From a virus: a stretch of 64,000 nt of DNA. The notes below the pieces were generated by a model. The model was not told the DNA's origin, did no database searches, and saw nothing but the letters and a program-made list of their open reading frames with translations. Positions within the stretch are counted from its first letter, which is position 1. Each line of letters begins with the position of its first letter. The position numbers were made by a program, and so were the translations under genes. Positions 1 through 8,649 of this stretch are shown piece after piece. The stretch is from the UHGV virus genome UHGV-0390448. One strand, written 5' to 3'.

Positions 1-247
1 CTTGTCCGGAGGCTTCCGGAGGCACATTTGGTACGCCTCCTGGGGCATCCTGCGCCGCGCCAACGATTAAAGGTCGGCGCGTGTCTATCCTGCCTTTAGC
101 ATCCAGATAAGGAAATTCGACCCAGACTAAATCGCCGCTGACTGTAGGTGTAAAGGCGTTACCGATAGGCATTTGATACTCTGCCCATGGGAGGTCTTCA
201 TCCGGTACACCGTTCCAGTCAGGCAGTATGCGGACCTGCGCTCGCAT
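1..247 (-). CDS. Partial phage structural protein; ATG at 245-247, C-terminus beyond window start
   Basis: Minus-strand frame open from 247 to position 1 with no in-frame stop (checked by hand); same operon direction as downstream structural genes. Not in ORF track because truncated. Confidence 0.4.
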   Translation of the reverse strand, partial: MRAQVRILPDWNGVPDEDLPWAEYQMPIGNAFTPTVSGDLVWVEFPYLDAKGRIDTRRPLIVGAAQDAPGGVPNVPPEASGQ

Positions 248-291
248 AAGTCCGGCAGGGTGTTTGGTCCCTACGATTTGCGCTCTGCGTT

Positions 292-1272
292 TCACTGGTT
301 GGGTACTCCTAATATCATTCGTGTTGTATAGCCGATCCGGTCTTCAAAATGGGCTACGTTTTTCACCAGCAGCTTACGAGGCAACGATTCGTCCAGCTTA
401 TTTTCCTGGTCGTAACGATACACGAGGATCTCAATAACCATTCCCGGCGTGATGTCGGGATTACCCGCGACCTCAATATCCATTTTGGGTACGAGCGACA
501 ATTGCATATTGCGCAGAGTTTCCATATCCGGATCGGATATATAGCGTATTGGAAGTGAGCTATCGCCATATTCGACATAGCCTTCAGTCATTGAATAGCC
601 GGTAAATCGATACTGAGTATTTGCCGTAACGGCATACTCTTGCTGTATAAGCCTCATTTTTGAAATCGTGTATTCTGCCCTGGGGTTGTTCCCTTCATAG
701 GTGAATGATGATTTAGCTTTCATAAGGTCAGCTAATGTATAAAAGTTAAACTGACCACGGCAGGCCCAGCATAAAGCGCCTTTGTCGCGGGCCATTTCAG
801 ATAGCATTTTGGAGGGTTTTTCCCCGGCGGAAAGATGGTACGTACAGCTTCGTTTCAATGCGCTGGAGGAAACTTTCAGTGTACCGGTATACGTCTTGAA
901 AATGGTATCAGGCGTTTTGTTTGTATGCAGGTTAGCCCGTAGAGCGGGGATCTTAAATATCCGAACGTCTTCACTGACTGCAATGACCGTAATGACATCA
1001 CCAGCCAGCACCGCAGATGTTACGAAAAAAGTTGTTTTAAACGTGCCTGAATTGCCTTGTGGATCACCCATCTCTGCAACCAGTGCTGCGCCGTATTTTG
1101 TTTTCCAGTCATCAATTATGGTGCCGGTAATATCGTGAATTTCCAGTTTCAGCAATGGTGCACGCAGGTTTGCCTTTTCCACATATACGGCAGTGAATAT
1201 CCACTCCCTGGGCACTTTGTTTCCGTTGATGGTAACGGACTGTAGAAAGTATTGCTGTAGCTCCTGGGACAT
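292..1272 (-). CDS. Phage virion structural protein (tail or baseplate region), family not recognised
   Basis: 326-aa ORF, tightly packed with neighbours 1276-2043 and 2040-2912 on the same strand. Confidence 0.6.
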   Translation of the reverse strand: MSQELQQYFLQSVTINGNKVPREWIFTAVYVEKANLRAPLLKLEIHDITGTIIDDWKTKYGAALVAEMGDPQGNSGTFKTTFFVTSAVLAGDVITVIAVSEDVRIFKIPALRANLHTNKTPDTIFKTYTGTLKVSSSALKRSCTYHLSAGEKPSKMLSEMARDKGALCWACRGQFNFYTLADLMKAKSSFTYEGNNPRAEYTISKMRLIQQEYAVTANTQYRFTGYSMTEGYVEYGDSSLPIRYISDPDMETLRNMQLSLVPKMDIEVAGNPDITPGMVIEILVYRYDQENKLDESLPRKLLVKNVAHFEDRIGYTTRMILGVPNQ

Positions 1273-1275
1273 GGC

Positions 1276-2043
1276 TTACCCCATTCTCAGAGAGGTTTCA
1301 GTAATAATTCGTTTCGCGTCCAGCTCCCAGGCCGTGATCACGTCTGCTATAACACTAATTGCCGTTTGTGCAGCATAAATACGCTCTTCCCCAATTGGGG
1401 CTGAAACATCAGTAAAACTGATGTCTTTAGCATCCTGAATCGCGCAAATTAGCGGGACGGGTACTCGTACCAGCGGGGTTGTTGCTGCAAACTGCGTTCC
1501 TGCCATCAAGCGAAGACGTGCTCCTAGCGAATTACACATCAGACTCATGGTCGCCTTATCCGTCGCCATTAACGTAACGTCATACGTCAGATTTGCCTGG
1601 GTGTATTCCAGGGCTACTAAAGGCATACCGCTGCCAGGTTCGCAGAAGTGATCACAGCTTTTGCGGTCTATCTGCTGGTCATTGTTGATATAGCTGATAT
1701 CCATTGAGCGCGAGATATTAATCAGAGGGAGCGCATCGCGATTAATGTTCGGATTCTCTGGCTTTCTCCCTTGCCCGGCATTAGCACGGCGAACCGCTTT
1801 AAGGAACTCGACCGCGTTATCAAAACGGGCAACATAAACACGTTCTGCTGGTGGGCGACTCAGGAATGATGCAAAGCGCCTTTCTTCTTTTGCTGGTTCC
1901 ACCAGCGTTACGTCAGAAAAAATGTCGCTGATTAGCGTAGCAAAAGCGTTATCCACTCTTTCCAGACCAGTTGTCTGGAATTTTCCAGTACGCGTTGTCT
2001 GCCACTCGCCAATGCGGGACAGTAGAGTTTTGTTAGGTGTCAT
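1276..2043 (-). CDS. Phage structural/morphogenesis protein, unknown family
   Basis: 255-aa ORF; 4-nt gap to downstream gene and 4-nt overlap with upstream gene. Confidence 0.6.
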   Translation of the reverse strand: MTPNKTLLSRIGEWQTTRTGKFQTTGLERVDNAFATLISDIFSDVTLVEPAKEERRFASFLSRPPAERVYVARFDNAVEFLKAVRRANAGQGRKPENPNINRDALPLINISRSMDISYINNDQQIDRKSCDHFCEPGSGMPLVALEYTQANLTYDVTLMATDKATMSLMCNSLGARLRLMAGTQFAATTPLVRVPVPLICAIQDAKDISFTDVSAPIGEERIYAAQTAISVIADVITAWELDAKRIITETSLRMG

Positions 2044-2912
2044 TCGATCACTCCGTTTTGAGTGGTATCAAAGTTCCTGGCCGGGATGCAGTAATAAAGG
2101 GAACCAACGTGTTGTGTTCCGTAGCTGAAGATTCGATGCACGTACCACCAGCGGCGGGCGAGGCCATTCGCCATTTCTTCGTTCCATTCCAGGATTGAAC
2201 CAACAGGTACGTTGTTTGCAGCAATACGCAGGATTAGCACTTCATCAGCAAGACCATCCTGTTCTCCATCGGCATCAATGGCATGAAACGAATCCCTTCC
2301 GTCCGGGTTATCCAGGACGTATACGATTTCCGGTTCCAGATAGGTAAGCTCACGCTGGTTGTTGTCCAGTTGCGTGAAAGACTCTTCACCTGTTTCATCG
2401 TTTACGACGCCATAGGTGCCATCAGCCGGGCGATATAAAAGCGCCTCGAATGCGTCAGGGCTTGATTCAATAATGAGCATCCAATCGGCGCGGATCTGGT
2501 CGTTGAACGCTTTGTGTCCGTTATATCGGGTTTTAAGCTGCTGGTTTGGTTGTCTGTTAGCGAGCGATGCCGGTAGGGGGGCGATGTCAGGTTCAATCAC
2601 TTCCGTAACAGAGTCACCAGCATTATCAGGCCAATTATCATGGCGGCTATCTGCTTCGGTGGCAGCGTGTTCTTCCAGAATACTGAATGGCCCTGTACTG
2701 ACCTTCCCATTTTCCGTTGTGCTTCCTTCATTCGCTTCAACCGTCGTTGTCTCTTCTCTCTGCGTGCTGTCATGTTCTGTTCCCTTTCTCATCAGGCTTG
2801 CATCATCAGCAAACCATTCATCAAAACGGCCCATAAGCGTCCTCAAAGGTCGATTTATCAGGTATCGAGGGGCATTGTCAGGAGATTGTGATTTCAATTC
2901 ATATCCCAGCAT
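2040..2912 (-). CDS. Phage protein, acidic, unknown function
   Basis: 290-aa ORF, first gene of the minus-strand block ending at window start. Confidence 0.55.
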   Translation of the reverse strand: MLGYELKSQSPDNAPRYLINRPLRTLMGRFDEWFADDASLMRKGTEHDSTQREETTTVEANEGSTTENGKVSTGPFSILEEHAATEADSRHDNWPDNAGDSVTEVIEPDIAPLPASLANRQPNQQLKTRYNGHKAFNDQIRADWMLIIESSPDAFEALLYRPADGTYGVVNDETGEESFTQLDNNQRELTYLEPEIVYVLDNPDGRDSFHAIDADGEQDGLADEVLILRIAANNVPVGSILEWNEEMANGLARRWWYVHRIFSYGTQHVGSLYYCIPARNFDTTQNGVIE

Positions 2913-2950
2913 GGGACTAAAGTGCTTTACATTGTCCCATATTGGGACTA
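2904..2950. promoter_or_regulatory. TGGGAC-containing inverted and direct repeats upstream of higB; candidate operator
   Basis: atgggac (2911-2917) and gtcccat (2934-2940) form an inverted repeat; ttgggacta repeats at 2942-2950; 30-70 bp upstream of the higB start. Confidence 0.35.
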
Positions 2951-2978
2951 CTATACTTTCAGAGAGAAGGAATCTGTG

Positions 2979-3281
2979 ATGAAAATAATTTCGGTAAAAA
3001 CACTAAGGGATTTCTGGGCGAAGAATCCCGATGCAGAACAGCCATTAAAGGCATGGGTTGATGAAGCAACAAAGGCTGACTGGAAAAATCCGGCTGAGAT
3101 CAAAGAACAGTACCGGACAGCCAGCATCCTTAAAAACAGGCGCGTGGTGTTCAATATTAAGGGAAATGATTACAGGTTAATTGTCGCAATTGCTTATCAG
3201 CGAGGATGGATGTTCGTTAAGTTTATTGGAACACATAAGGAATACGATGCCATTGACGCGGATACAATAGAACTGGAGTAA
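2979..3281 (+). CDS. higB: Type II toxin HigB family (RelE-fold mRNA interferase)
   Basis: About 100-aa product from internal ATG (MKIISVKTLRDFW...), followed 4 nt later by an HTH antitoxin; sequence pattern matches HigB-family toxins from memory. Confidence 0.75.
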   Translation: MKIISVKTLRDFWAKNPDAEQPLKAWVDEATKADWKNPAEIKEQYRTASILKNRRVVFNIKGNDYRLIVAIAYQRGWMFVKFIGTHKEYDAIDADTIELE

Positions 3282-3284
3282 ATC

Positions 3285-3644
3285 ATGAACATTAAACCTA
3301 TCCGTACAGAACAAGATTATGAGGCCGCACTGCGTGCGGTCGAACCGATGTTCGATAACGAACCGGAAATGAACACCCCGGAAGGTGATTTCTTTGAGGT
3401 CATGTGTCTTCTCATTGAGGAGTACGAGAAAAAACATTACCCAATTGAGCCACCATCACCTATTGAAGCCATTAAATTCCGCATGGAACAGCAAGGGCTG
3501 ACCGTGAAGGATCTGGAACCGGCAATTGGTAAGTCAAACCGTGTTTACGAAGTGCTAAATGGAACACGAAATTTAACGTTACCTATGATTCGTCGTTTAC
3601 ATTCCCAGTTTGGCATTCCTCTTGAAAGTTTGGTTGGTGTATGA
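3285..3644 (+). CDS. higA: HigA-family antitoxin, XRE-type HTH in C-terminal half
   Basis: 119 aa; HTH-like segment LTVKDLEPAIGKSNRVYEVLNG; immediately downstream of higB. Confidence 0.75.
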   Translation: MNIKPIRTEQDYEAALRAVEPMFDNEPEMNTPEGDFFEVMCLLIEEYEKKHYPIEPPSPIEAIKFRMEQQGLTVKDLEPAIGKSNRVYEVLNGTRNLTLPMIRRLHSQFGIPLESLVGV

Positions 3645-3646
3645 GT

Positions 3647-3675
3647 TCGGCGGTCTGTATGACCGCCTTTGTTGT
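3647..3675 (+). terminator. Rho-independent terminator after higBA
   Basis: ggcggtc-tgtat-gaccgcc hairpin followed by tttgttgt. Confidence 0.55.
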
Positions 3676-3678
3676 CAA

Positions 3679-4875
3679 TCAAGAACCTTTCTTCACGTAC
3701 TCCATAAACATTTTTTCAGCTTGCTCAGGTGACGTTCCTGTCATGACCAGCGCATCAATGAACGCTTGCTTCTTCAGTGCGAATTGATCGGCAAGGCGTT
3801 GCTGAAGCTCCTTGTTTTTCTGTTTCTCACGTTGCAAGGCTGCTTCTTTTGCTGCTGCCCGTTTTTTTTGTGCATCGGACAACTTTCTGGCCCTGGTCAG
3901 CTGGTCACGTAGCTTGTCAATCTTGCCGTTGTCCTTTGCCAGTTTTGTGCTTAAAGCGGCCTGGCGTTTCTGATAGAGCTTCCATTCACGTTTAGCTGCC
4001 TCAACATTCGTTTTGCTGCTACGGTTTCGATTGAACGCCTTCTCGTCTTCTTTTGTGAAGTGTTTTGTCGTGCGGCGGCGATCGTCACCAAAGGCAACTT
4101 GCGTTGCAGCTTTTTGCAGGGCGCGAGCAATACTCATCTGCCAACTGGCAGACTGTAGTCGTGTCATTGAGTGGATCACATGTTTACAGGCGACGCCTTG
4201 CAGCTTAGGGTTGCGAACTTTTGGATAGGCGTATTCTTTTGGCGGGGCCAGGGCAAAGTTACCCGCAGTGGCGATGTAGCGATACCAGTATTGATGGCGA
4301 CCGCAGTCACAGTCGAAAGACACTCGCCCGGCACACAGTGATTTTGTGACTTTCAGGGCTGATTTATCATCTTCTGCGATGTCATCGACCATCTGATCCC
4401 ATTCTTCAAAACGTACCCGGACAATGTGGTGCTGGTGAACGGATATATCGGACGCTTCCACTCGGATATTAATCACATTGTGACGAAGAGATACGGGCGT
4501 AGCTCTTTTGATACCAGAACCGTCGTCTACGGCGTTATTTGCTCGCTTAATATCGATAGCCTGGCTGGACGCTACCAGTTGTGCGTATGTGATGCCAGCC
4601 GTCTTGCTGTCATATTTTTCGCGTGCTTTGCTTCGCAGCTTTTCGAAGCCTTTCAGATCGTCACGCGTAAAGAACGTGCCGCCTTTCTTTTTCCCCAGCT
4701 TAAGAATGTCTTCGGCTGATTTATTCCTAAGCCTGCCCGGCGTGAGTGTCCTGTGCGCCTGGCGGCGTTTGCGGTTTTGCTCTTTCCTGATGAGTTCAAA
4801 TACGCGTGTGAAATCCTTAGAGGACAGACCGTTAGTGATATATCGCCCGTCCTGATTTTTCAGGAAGTCAGGCAT
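3679..4875 (-). CDS. Hypothetical 398-aa protein with SWIM-like CxC...CxH zinc-finger motif and lysine-rich coiled-coil C-terminus
   Basis: Motif FDCDCGRH...GVACKHVIH; overlaps upstream gene 4868-5197 by 8 nt (operon). Confidence 0.6.
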   Translation of the reverse strand: MPDFLKNQDGRYITNGLSSKDFTRVFELIRKEQNRKRRQAHRTLTPGRLRNKSAEDILKLGKKKGGTFFTRDDLKGFEKLRSKAREKYDSKTAGITYAQLVASSQAIDIKRANNAVDDGSGIKRATPVSLRHNVINIRVEASDISVHQHHIVRVRFEEWDQMVDDIAEDDKSALKVTKSLCAGRVSFDCDCGRHQYWYRYIATAGNFALAPPKEYAYPKVRNPKLQGVACKHVIHSMTRLQSASWQMSIARALQKAATQVAFGDDRRRTTKHFTKEDEKAFNRNRSSKTNVEAAKREWKLYQKRQAALSTKLAKDNGKIDKLRDQLTRARKLSDAQKKRAAAKEAALQREKQKNKELQQRLADQFALKKQAFIDALVMTGTSPEQAEKMFMEYVKKGS

Positions 4876-5197
4876 TTTCTATCTCCGGTGCCGAGCCAGC
4901 GTAATCGCGAATCTTGTTTCTTAGCCATGCTGCGTCAGGAAGAGTTAACGTTGTCCCTACCGGCATTTCTTCCATTTCTGACTCATGGCCCACCAGCACG
5001 CGAAATACCCAGCGCAAATCAGCATTGCCATAGGCGCGATAGGCCGCCAGGTCTGAGCGATAAACCTCATCAATTTTTATCGTGTACTGGAAATTATCGG
5101 AGTGATACTCCGATACCCGCTTGATCATCTCCTGATGGAATAGTGCGCGCAGCACATCGTCTTCAATGCATCGATCGTCGAGCCTGCTGTAACTCAT
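4868..5197 (-). CDS. Small protein with tail-protein-X-like (LysM-like) C-terminal region
   Basis: 109 aa; C-terminal pattern RSDLAAYRAYG...VGTTLTLPD resembles P2 gpX-type LysM-like domain (recalled, not searched). Confidence 0.45.
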   Translation of the reverse strand: MSYSRLDDRCIEDDVLRALFHQEMIKRVSEYHSDNFQYTIKIDEVYRSDLAAYRAYGNADLRWVFRVLVGHESEMEEMPVGTTLTLPDAAWLRNKIRDYAGSAPEIENA

Positions 5198-5289
5198 AAC
5201 AGTTCCTCACAGTCATAACCTGTGGGGAACTGTATGCAGGGTGTGAAATGCGGGAAAGCAGCGTCACCTGGCCTGGTGACGCTGTAAAA

Positions 5290-5571
5290 TTATGCGTGGG
5301 AAAATAATGGACGGATGTTTGGGCGAGCGGTTTGCGAAGCAACCCAAAGCTCATACTGGGATTGCATACCGGTCCACATTTCGGCACTGGTTCCAAGAGC
5401 GGACTCCAGACGAAGTGCCATATCAGCAGAAATACCTGTTTTTTCGTTCAGAATTCGGGAAAGTGCCGTGCGAGTAATGCCTAATGCAGCAGCTGCGTCT
5501 GTGACTGACATGTCTCCCAAATATTCACGAAGAACCGCGCCTGGATGCGCGGGATTATGCATACGACTCAT
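5290..5571 (-). CDS. HigA-family HTH antitoxin-like protein
   Basis: 93 aa starting [18 protein letters not shown], the characteristic N-terminus of HigA-type antidote proteins; 4-nt overlap with upstream HTH gene. Confidence 0.65.
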   Translation of the reverse strand: MSRMHNPAHPGAVLREYLGDMSVTDAAAALGITRTALSRILNEKTGISADMALRLESALGTSAEMWTGMQSQYELWVASQTARPNIRPLFSHA

Positions 5572-5867
5572 ATGTGGAAAGCAACCCGTTTACCGGTTGG
5601 CAATTCAACGTCCAGACTCAACTTTCCACCCATAGCCTCAACGTAACGTTTAAGCGTTGCTACTTTCAAGTCATTGCCTCGTTGTTCAAGTTTTGTGATG
5701 GCTGGTTGACTAATTCCCATCGCATCGGCAACTGTTTTTTGTGATAACTGAAGCTCCTCTCTCAACATCTGCAATCCGACTTCCAGAATCATTTCATCAG
5801 CCTGCTCTTTGATACGAGCTTGGCTTTCAGGGGATTGCGCAGCAATAACTTCTCTTAGAGTTCTCAT
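5568..5867 (-). CDS. XRE-family HTH protein, probable antitoxin of adjacent RelE/ParE toxin
   Basis: 99 aa; HTH segment [22 protein letters not shown]; start overlaps toxin stop by 1 nt. Confidence 0.65.
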   Translation of the reverse strand: MRTLREVIAAQSPESQARIKEQADEMILEVGLQMLREELQLSQKTVADAMGISQPAITKLEQRGNDLKVATLKRYVEAMGGKLSLDVELPTGKRVAFHI

Positions 5868-6214
5868 TATTTTTTCTCAAGTTCTGCAAGATGGTTGGAA
5901 AATTCGTCGTCTGCAATCCGTATCATTCTTTCGTAGAACTTTTTATCGTTACTCTTATCTCCGGCGCACAGGATTATGGCTTGCCTTACCGGATCAAATG
6001 CGAAGAATGCTCTGATAGGGCGACCAGCGTACTGAATCCGTAACTCCTTCATGTTTTTATGGCGTGAGCCTTTAACTGTGTCGGCATATGGCCTTGATAA
6101 TGAAGGGCCATATGTTTCCAGATTGATCAGGTCAACCAGGATTTTTTCTTTTAATGCAGGTTCCTGTTCCTGGAACCATTCATCAAAAATTTTTCCAAAA
6201 TAAATTTGCCACAT
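5867..6214 (-). CDS. RelE/ParE-superfamily toxin (Gp49-like addiction module killer)
   Basis: 115 aa; toxin-first arrangement followed by HTH partner; perfect palindrome upstream. Confidence 0.65.
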   Translation of the reverse strand: MWQIYFGKIFDEWFQEQEPALKEKILVDLINLETYGPSLSRPYADTVKGSRHKNMKELRIQYAGRPIRAFFAFDPVRQAIILCAGDKSNDKKFYERMIRIADDEFSNHLAELEKK

Positions 6215-6250
6215 AGTTATTCAAAATCCTTTTTAATAAACTACATGTTA

Positions 6251-6285
6251 TAAACTACAGGTTATATCATATAACCTGTAGTTTA
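6251..6285. promoter_or_regulatory. Perfect 17-1-17 palindrome, candidate autoregulatory operator of the RelE/ParE locus
   Basis: taaactacaggttatat-c-atataacctgtagttta; lies 37-70 bp upstream of the toxin start; adjacent direct repeat of aaactaca. Confidence 0.6.
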
Positions 6286-6319
6286 TATTTTCAAGGCCAT
6301 TTTTTATTCGATTTAGCAT

Positions 6320-6973
6320 TTAAAGTATCACGGTATCCTCATCAACTTCTTTCCCTGCCAGTGACTTTGGCTGGGAGGCTGCTGCTTTAACCTTCTCATG
6401 CCCAATAATGGACAGGAACGAGGCCATTATCCCTGCTTTGTTTTCTTTCTCTACCGCTCCTGTCATTTGTTTCAGGTAATCCGCGCTGGCAACATTGTGG
6501 TATACCGTTGCATAGCAGCACAGAATCATCAGGATGTGCTCTGGTCGGATATCTTGCCAGTTAACTCGATAAACCTCTTCACCGTTGCCGTTGTATTCGG
6601 TATCGACGATAGAGTCGGGGATCTCAAATGCCCCTTTGTTCTTGTCAGGCAGGGATAGCAGCCTTTGTAGTTTCAGCTCCCGGTATCTTTCCATGCCGAC
6701 AATGATCGCCGCTCTGCCGTCGGCGTGCCGTGTTTTTAATGTTACCTGACTGGCACCTGTACCGGCTGAAATGGTTGGCGTGATTTCGTCAACCAGCACC
6801 TTAAATTCACTTTTACGCAGCTCGGCAATTGCTGGTGGAATTTTTCGTTTTTGTTCAATAGCAGATGCAGGGAGCGGCTTTACTTTGTCAATTACAAGCG
6901 CGCCGTCTTTCAGGACTGCCGTAGCCATCAGCGGCTTGTTAGTCGAAAGGCTGAATATTGCGATCTTTTGCAT
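6320..6973 (-). CDS. Hypothetical protein, 217 aa
   Basis: ORF with strong hairpin-T7 element just upstream of its start; no family recognised. Confidence 0.5.
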   Translation of the reverse strand: MQKIAIFSLSTNKPLMATAVLKDGALVIDKVKPLPASAIEQKRKIPPAIAELRKSEFKVLVDEITPTISAGTGASQVTLKTRHADGRAAIIVGMERYRELKLQRLLSLPDKNKGAFEIPDSIVDTEYNGNGEEVYRVNWQDIRPEHILMILCCYATVYHNVASADYLKQMTGAVEKENKAGIMASFLSIIGHEKVKAAASQPKSLAGKEVDEDTVIL

Positions 6974-6998
6974 GGCTTTTACTCCACGATAGCAGGCA

Positions 6999-7031
6999 CA
7001 AAAAAAGGCCGCACATGGCGGCCTGCTTTGG
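6999..7031 (-). terminator. Rho-independent terminator, minus-strand orientation
   Basis: ggccgc-acatg-gcggcc stem with a 7-8 nt A-run on the plus strand, equivalent to a U-run on the minus strand. Confidence 0.5.
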
Positions 7032-7238
7032 CGTTATGACTCCCTACCGCGCATCGGCTGAAAGTTAGTCGTCAAAAGAACCTTCAACGGGAGCCGTTTG
7101 CGTAATGGATTTTGTCCAGATTGTGATTTCCAGAATAGTGTCAACAATTTTTTTGAATTTTTTATTCGCTCTGAATTTGGCCTAGGTCATTTTGGCGTAG
7201 ATGTTTGCTTTTGTAACATAAAGCTTCAGTTTGTTTAC

Positions 7239-7862
7239 ATGAAGGATGGTTTTGTGAAGTTAAGGGTTTTGGGAGCAGTGCTCGCGGTTATATTGGGGGG
7301 AGTTTCTCTTAATGCTGCCTATGCAGGCGCGTTACCTGCAAAGTATGAGGCTGGGCTGAAGGTGTTACGAAACGCCAAAACAAACTATACGCCTGATGAA
7401 GTTTCAAACTATTGCCAGAAAGAAAATATCCCACTGAAACCTGTAGAGCCATTCTTTAAAAGCAACATAGAGTTCTGTGTATTTGCGTATGCAGCAGATG
7501 AAACAGGAAAGGCCATACAAAAGACAGGGTATTCCACCAAAGACACAATGTCAGTGTTAAGTAACGGCGTGTTGCAGTTTGAGCTTTATCGTCAGCAAGG
7601 AATGGGAGATCTATTGCAGCCTTTGTATGGTCTAGCATTGGTGCCGGAAGGTCAGCAGTTTCTGATCAAAAAAGGCCTCATGAGGCAGGAAGATGTAGCT
7701 GGTTTCGATGCCATCGTTGCCTATGAAAAACAACTCAAGGAACAGCGCAATAAAAAACCATCTGCCTCATGCGTGCAAAGCAAAACAGCAGAATACAGCG
7801 CAGTGGCTGGGCCTTTAGCCCCACAAATGGCAGAGCAATGGTGTAAACAATACGGGCAATAA
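7239..7862 (+). CDS. Secreted protein with N-terminal signal peptide (moron)
   Basis: Start chosen at internal ATG (MKDGFVKLRVLGAVLAVILGGVSLNAAYA...); the track ORF begins earlier at 7098. Confidence 0.55.
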   Translation: MKDGFVKLRVLGAVLAVILGGVSLNAAYAGALPAKYEAGLKVLRNAKTNYTPDEVSNYCQKENIPLKPVEPFFKSNIEFCVFAYAADETGKAIQKTGYSTKDTMSVLSNGVLQFELYRQQGMGDLLQPLYGLALVPEGQQFLIKKGLMRQEDVAGFDAIVAYEKQLKEQRNKKPSASCVQSKTAEYSAVAGPLAPQMAEQWCKQYGQ

Positions 7863-7882
7863 GTTACGCAGCGGAGGCAGAA

Positions 7883-8275
7883 TTGAAAAGATTAGCTATT
7901 GCTTTATTGGCAGCTTTCCCTTTGATCGCTCACGCCGGGAATTTACAAGTGAAGTGCGGTAGGTTTGATATAAAAATCTATCCGAACGCCATATTTCTGA
8001 ATGGGAATAAGGTCGATAACGCGCACCGGAAAACTGAATCTGACGTAATGAGCTATGTGTTCCAGGAGTATGCCGAGATGGGGGGAACTTACACGTTGTA
8101 CTCGCTGGATGTTCCATCTCGCGGTGATATGACGTTATCTCATCAATGGCAGAACGCCGATGGCGAAGCTCTGCGCGAGGTTAAAACAGAAAAATGTGGC
8201 ACTTTCCATTCTTTTAAAGGGAAAGCGCCCAATGTTAAATCTACGCTTGAAAAACAGCGTGCTGGTGAGCTTTAA
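7883..8275 (+). CDS. Secreted protein with signal peptide, TTG start
   Basis: MKRLAIALLAAFPLIAHA signal-like N-terminus; ggagg RBS 6-10 nt upstream of the TTG. Confidence 0.55.
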   Translation: MKRLAIALLAAFPLIAHAGNLQVKCGRFDIKIYPNAIFLNGNKVDNAHRKTESDVMSYVFQEYAEMGGTYTLYSLDVPSRGDMTLSHQWQNADGEALREVKTEKCGTFHSFKGKAPNVKSTLEKQRAGEL

Positions 8276-8610
8276 ACCCCTTTAATCACGGAGATTTCGT
8301 TTCCCGCACGATAGCGGCGGGGAACGGAACTCTCCATCAGGTCACGAATTACTCCCGCTTCACGCAGTTCCTCTGTCTCCCAGTATCTGTTTGTCACCAG
8401 GTCAAGGCTGGCAATGACTTTATGCCGGTCATTCGGCATTGCTTCTTTTTCAGCCATTATCATCAGTGAGAACTCTTCATCCAGTAGAATTTGATACCAG
8501 ACTTTTGACAGTTCCAACTCTCTAATGAGGGTGAAGCGCCGCTCAATTGTGGCAGCAGAATAAGTGAAATCTATTTTTTTGGTGGCATACATTTTGCTGT
8601 GTCCGGTCAC
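8272..8610 (-). CDS. Hypothetical protein, 112 aa
   Basis: ORF only. Confidence 0.4.
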   Translation of the reverse strand: MTGHSKMYATKKIDFTYSAATIERRFTLIRELELSKVWYQILLDEEFSLMIMAEKEAMPNDRHKVIASLDLVTNRYWETEELREAGVIRDLMESSVPRRYRAGNEISVIKGV

Positions 8611-8649
8611 TTAGTAGTTAAAGCCCCGGCATGACCGGGGCAAAAGCTA

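Noticed and set aside
2416-2979. 187-aa plus-strand ORF antisense to gene 2040-2912
   Set aside because: Entirely overlaps a better-supported minus-strand gene in an operon; Ser/Leu/Cys-rich composition typical of an antisense frame; no RBS context.
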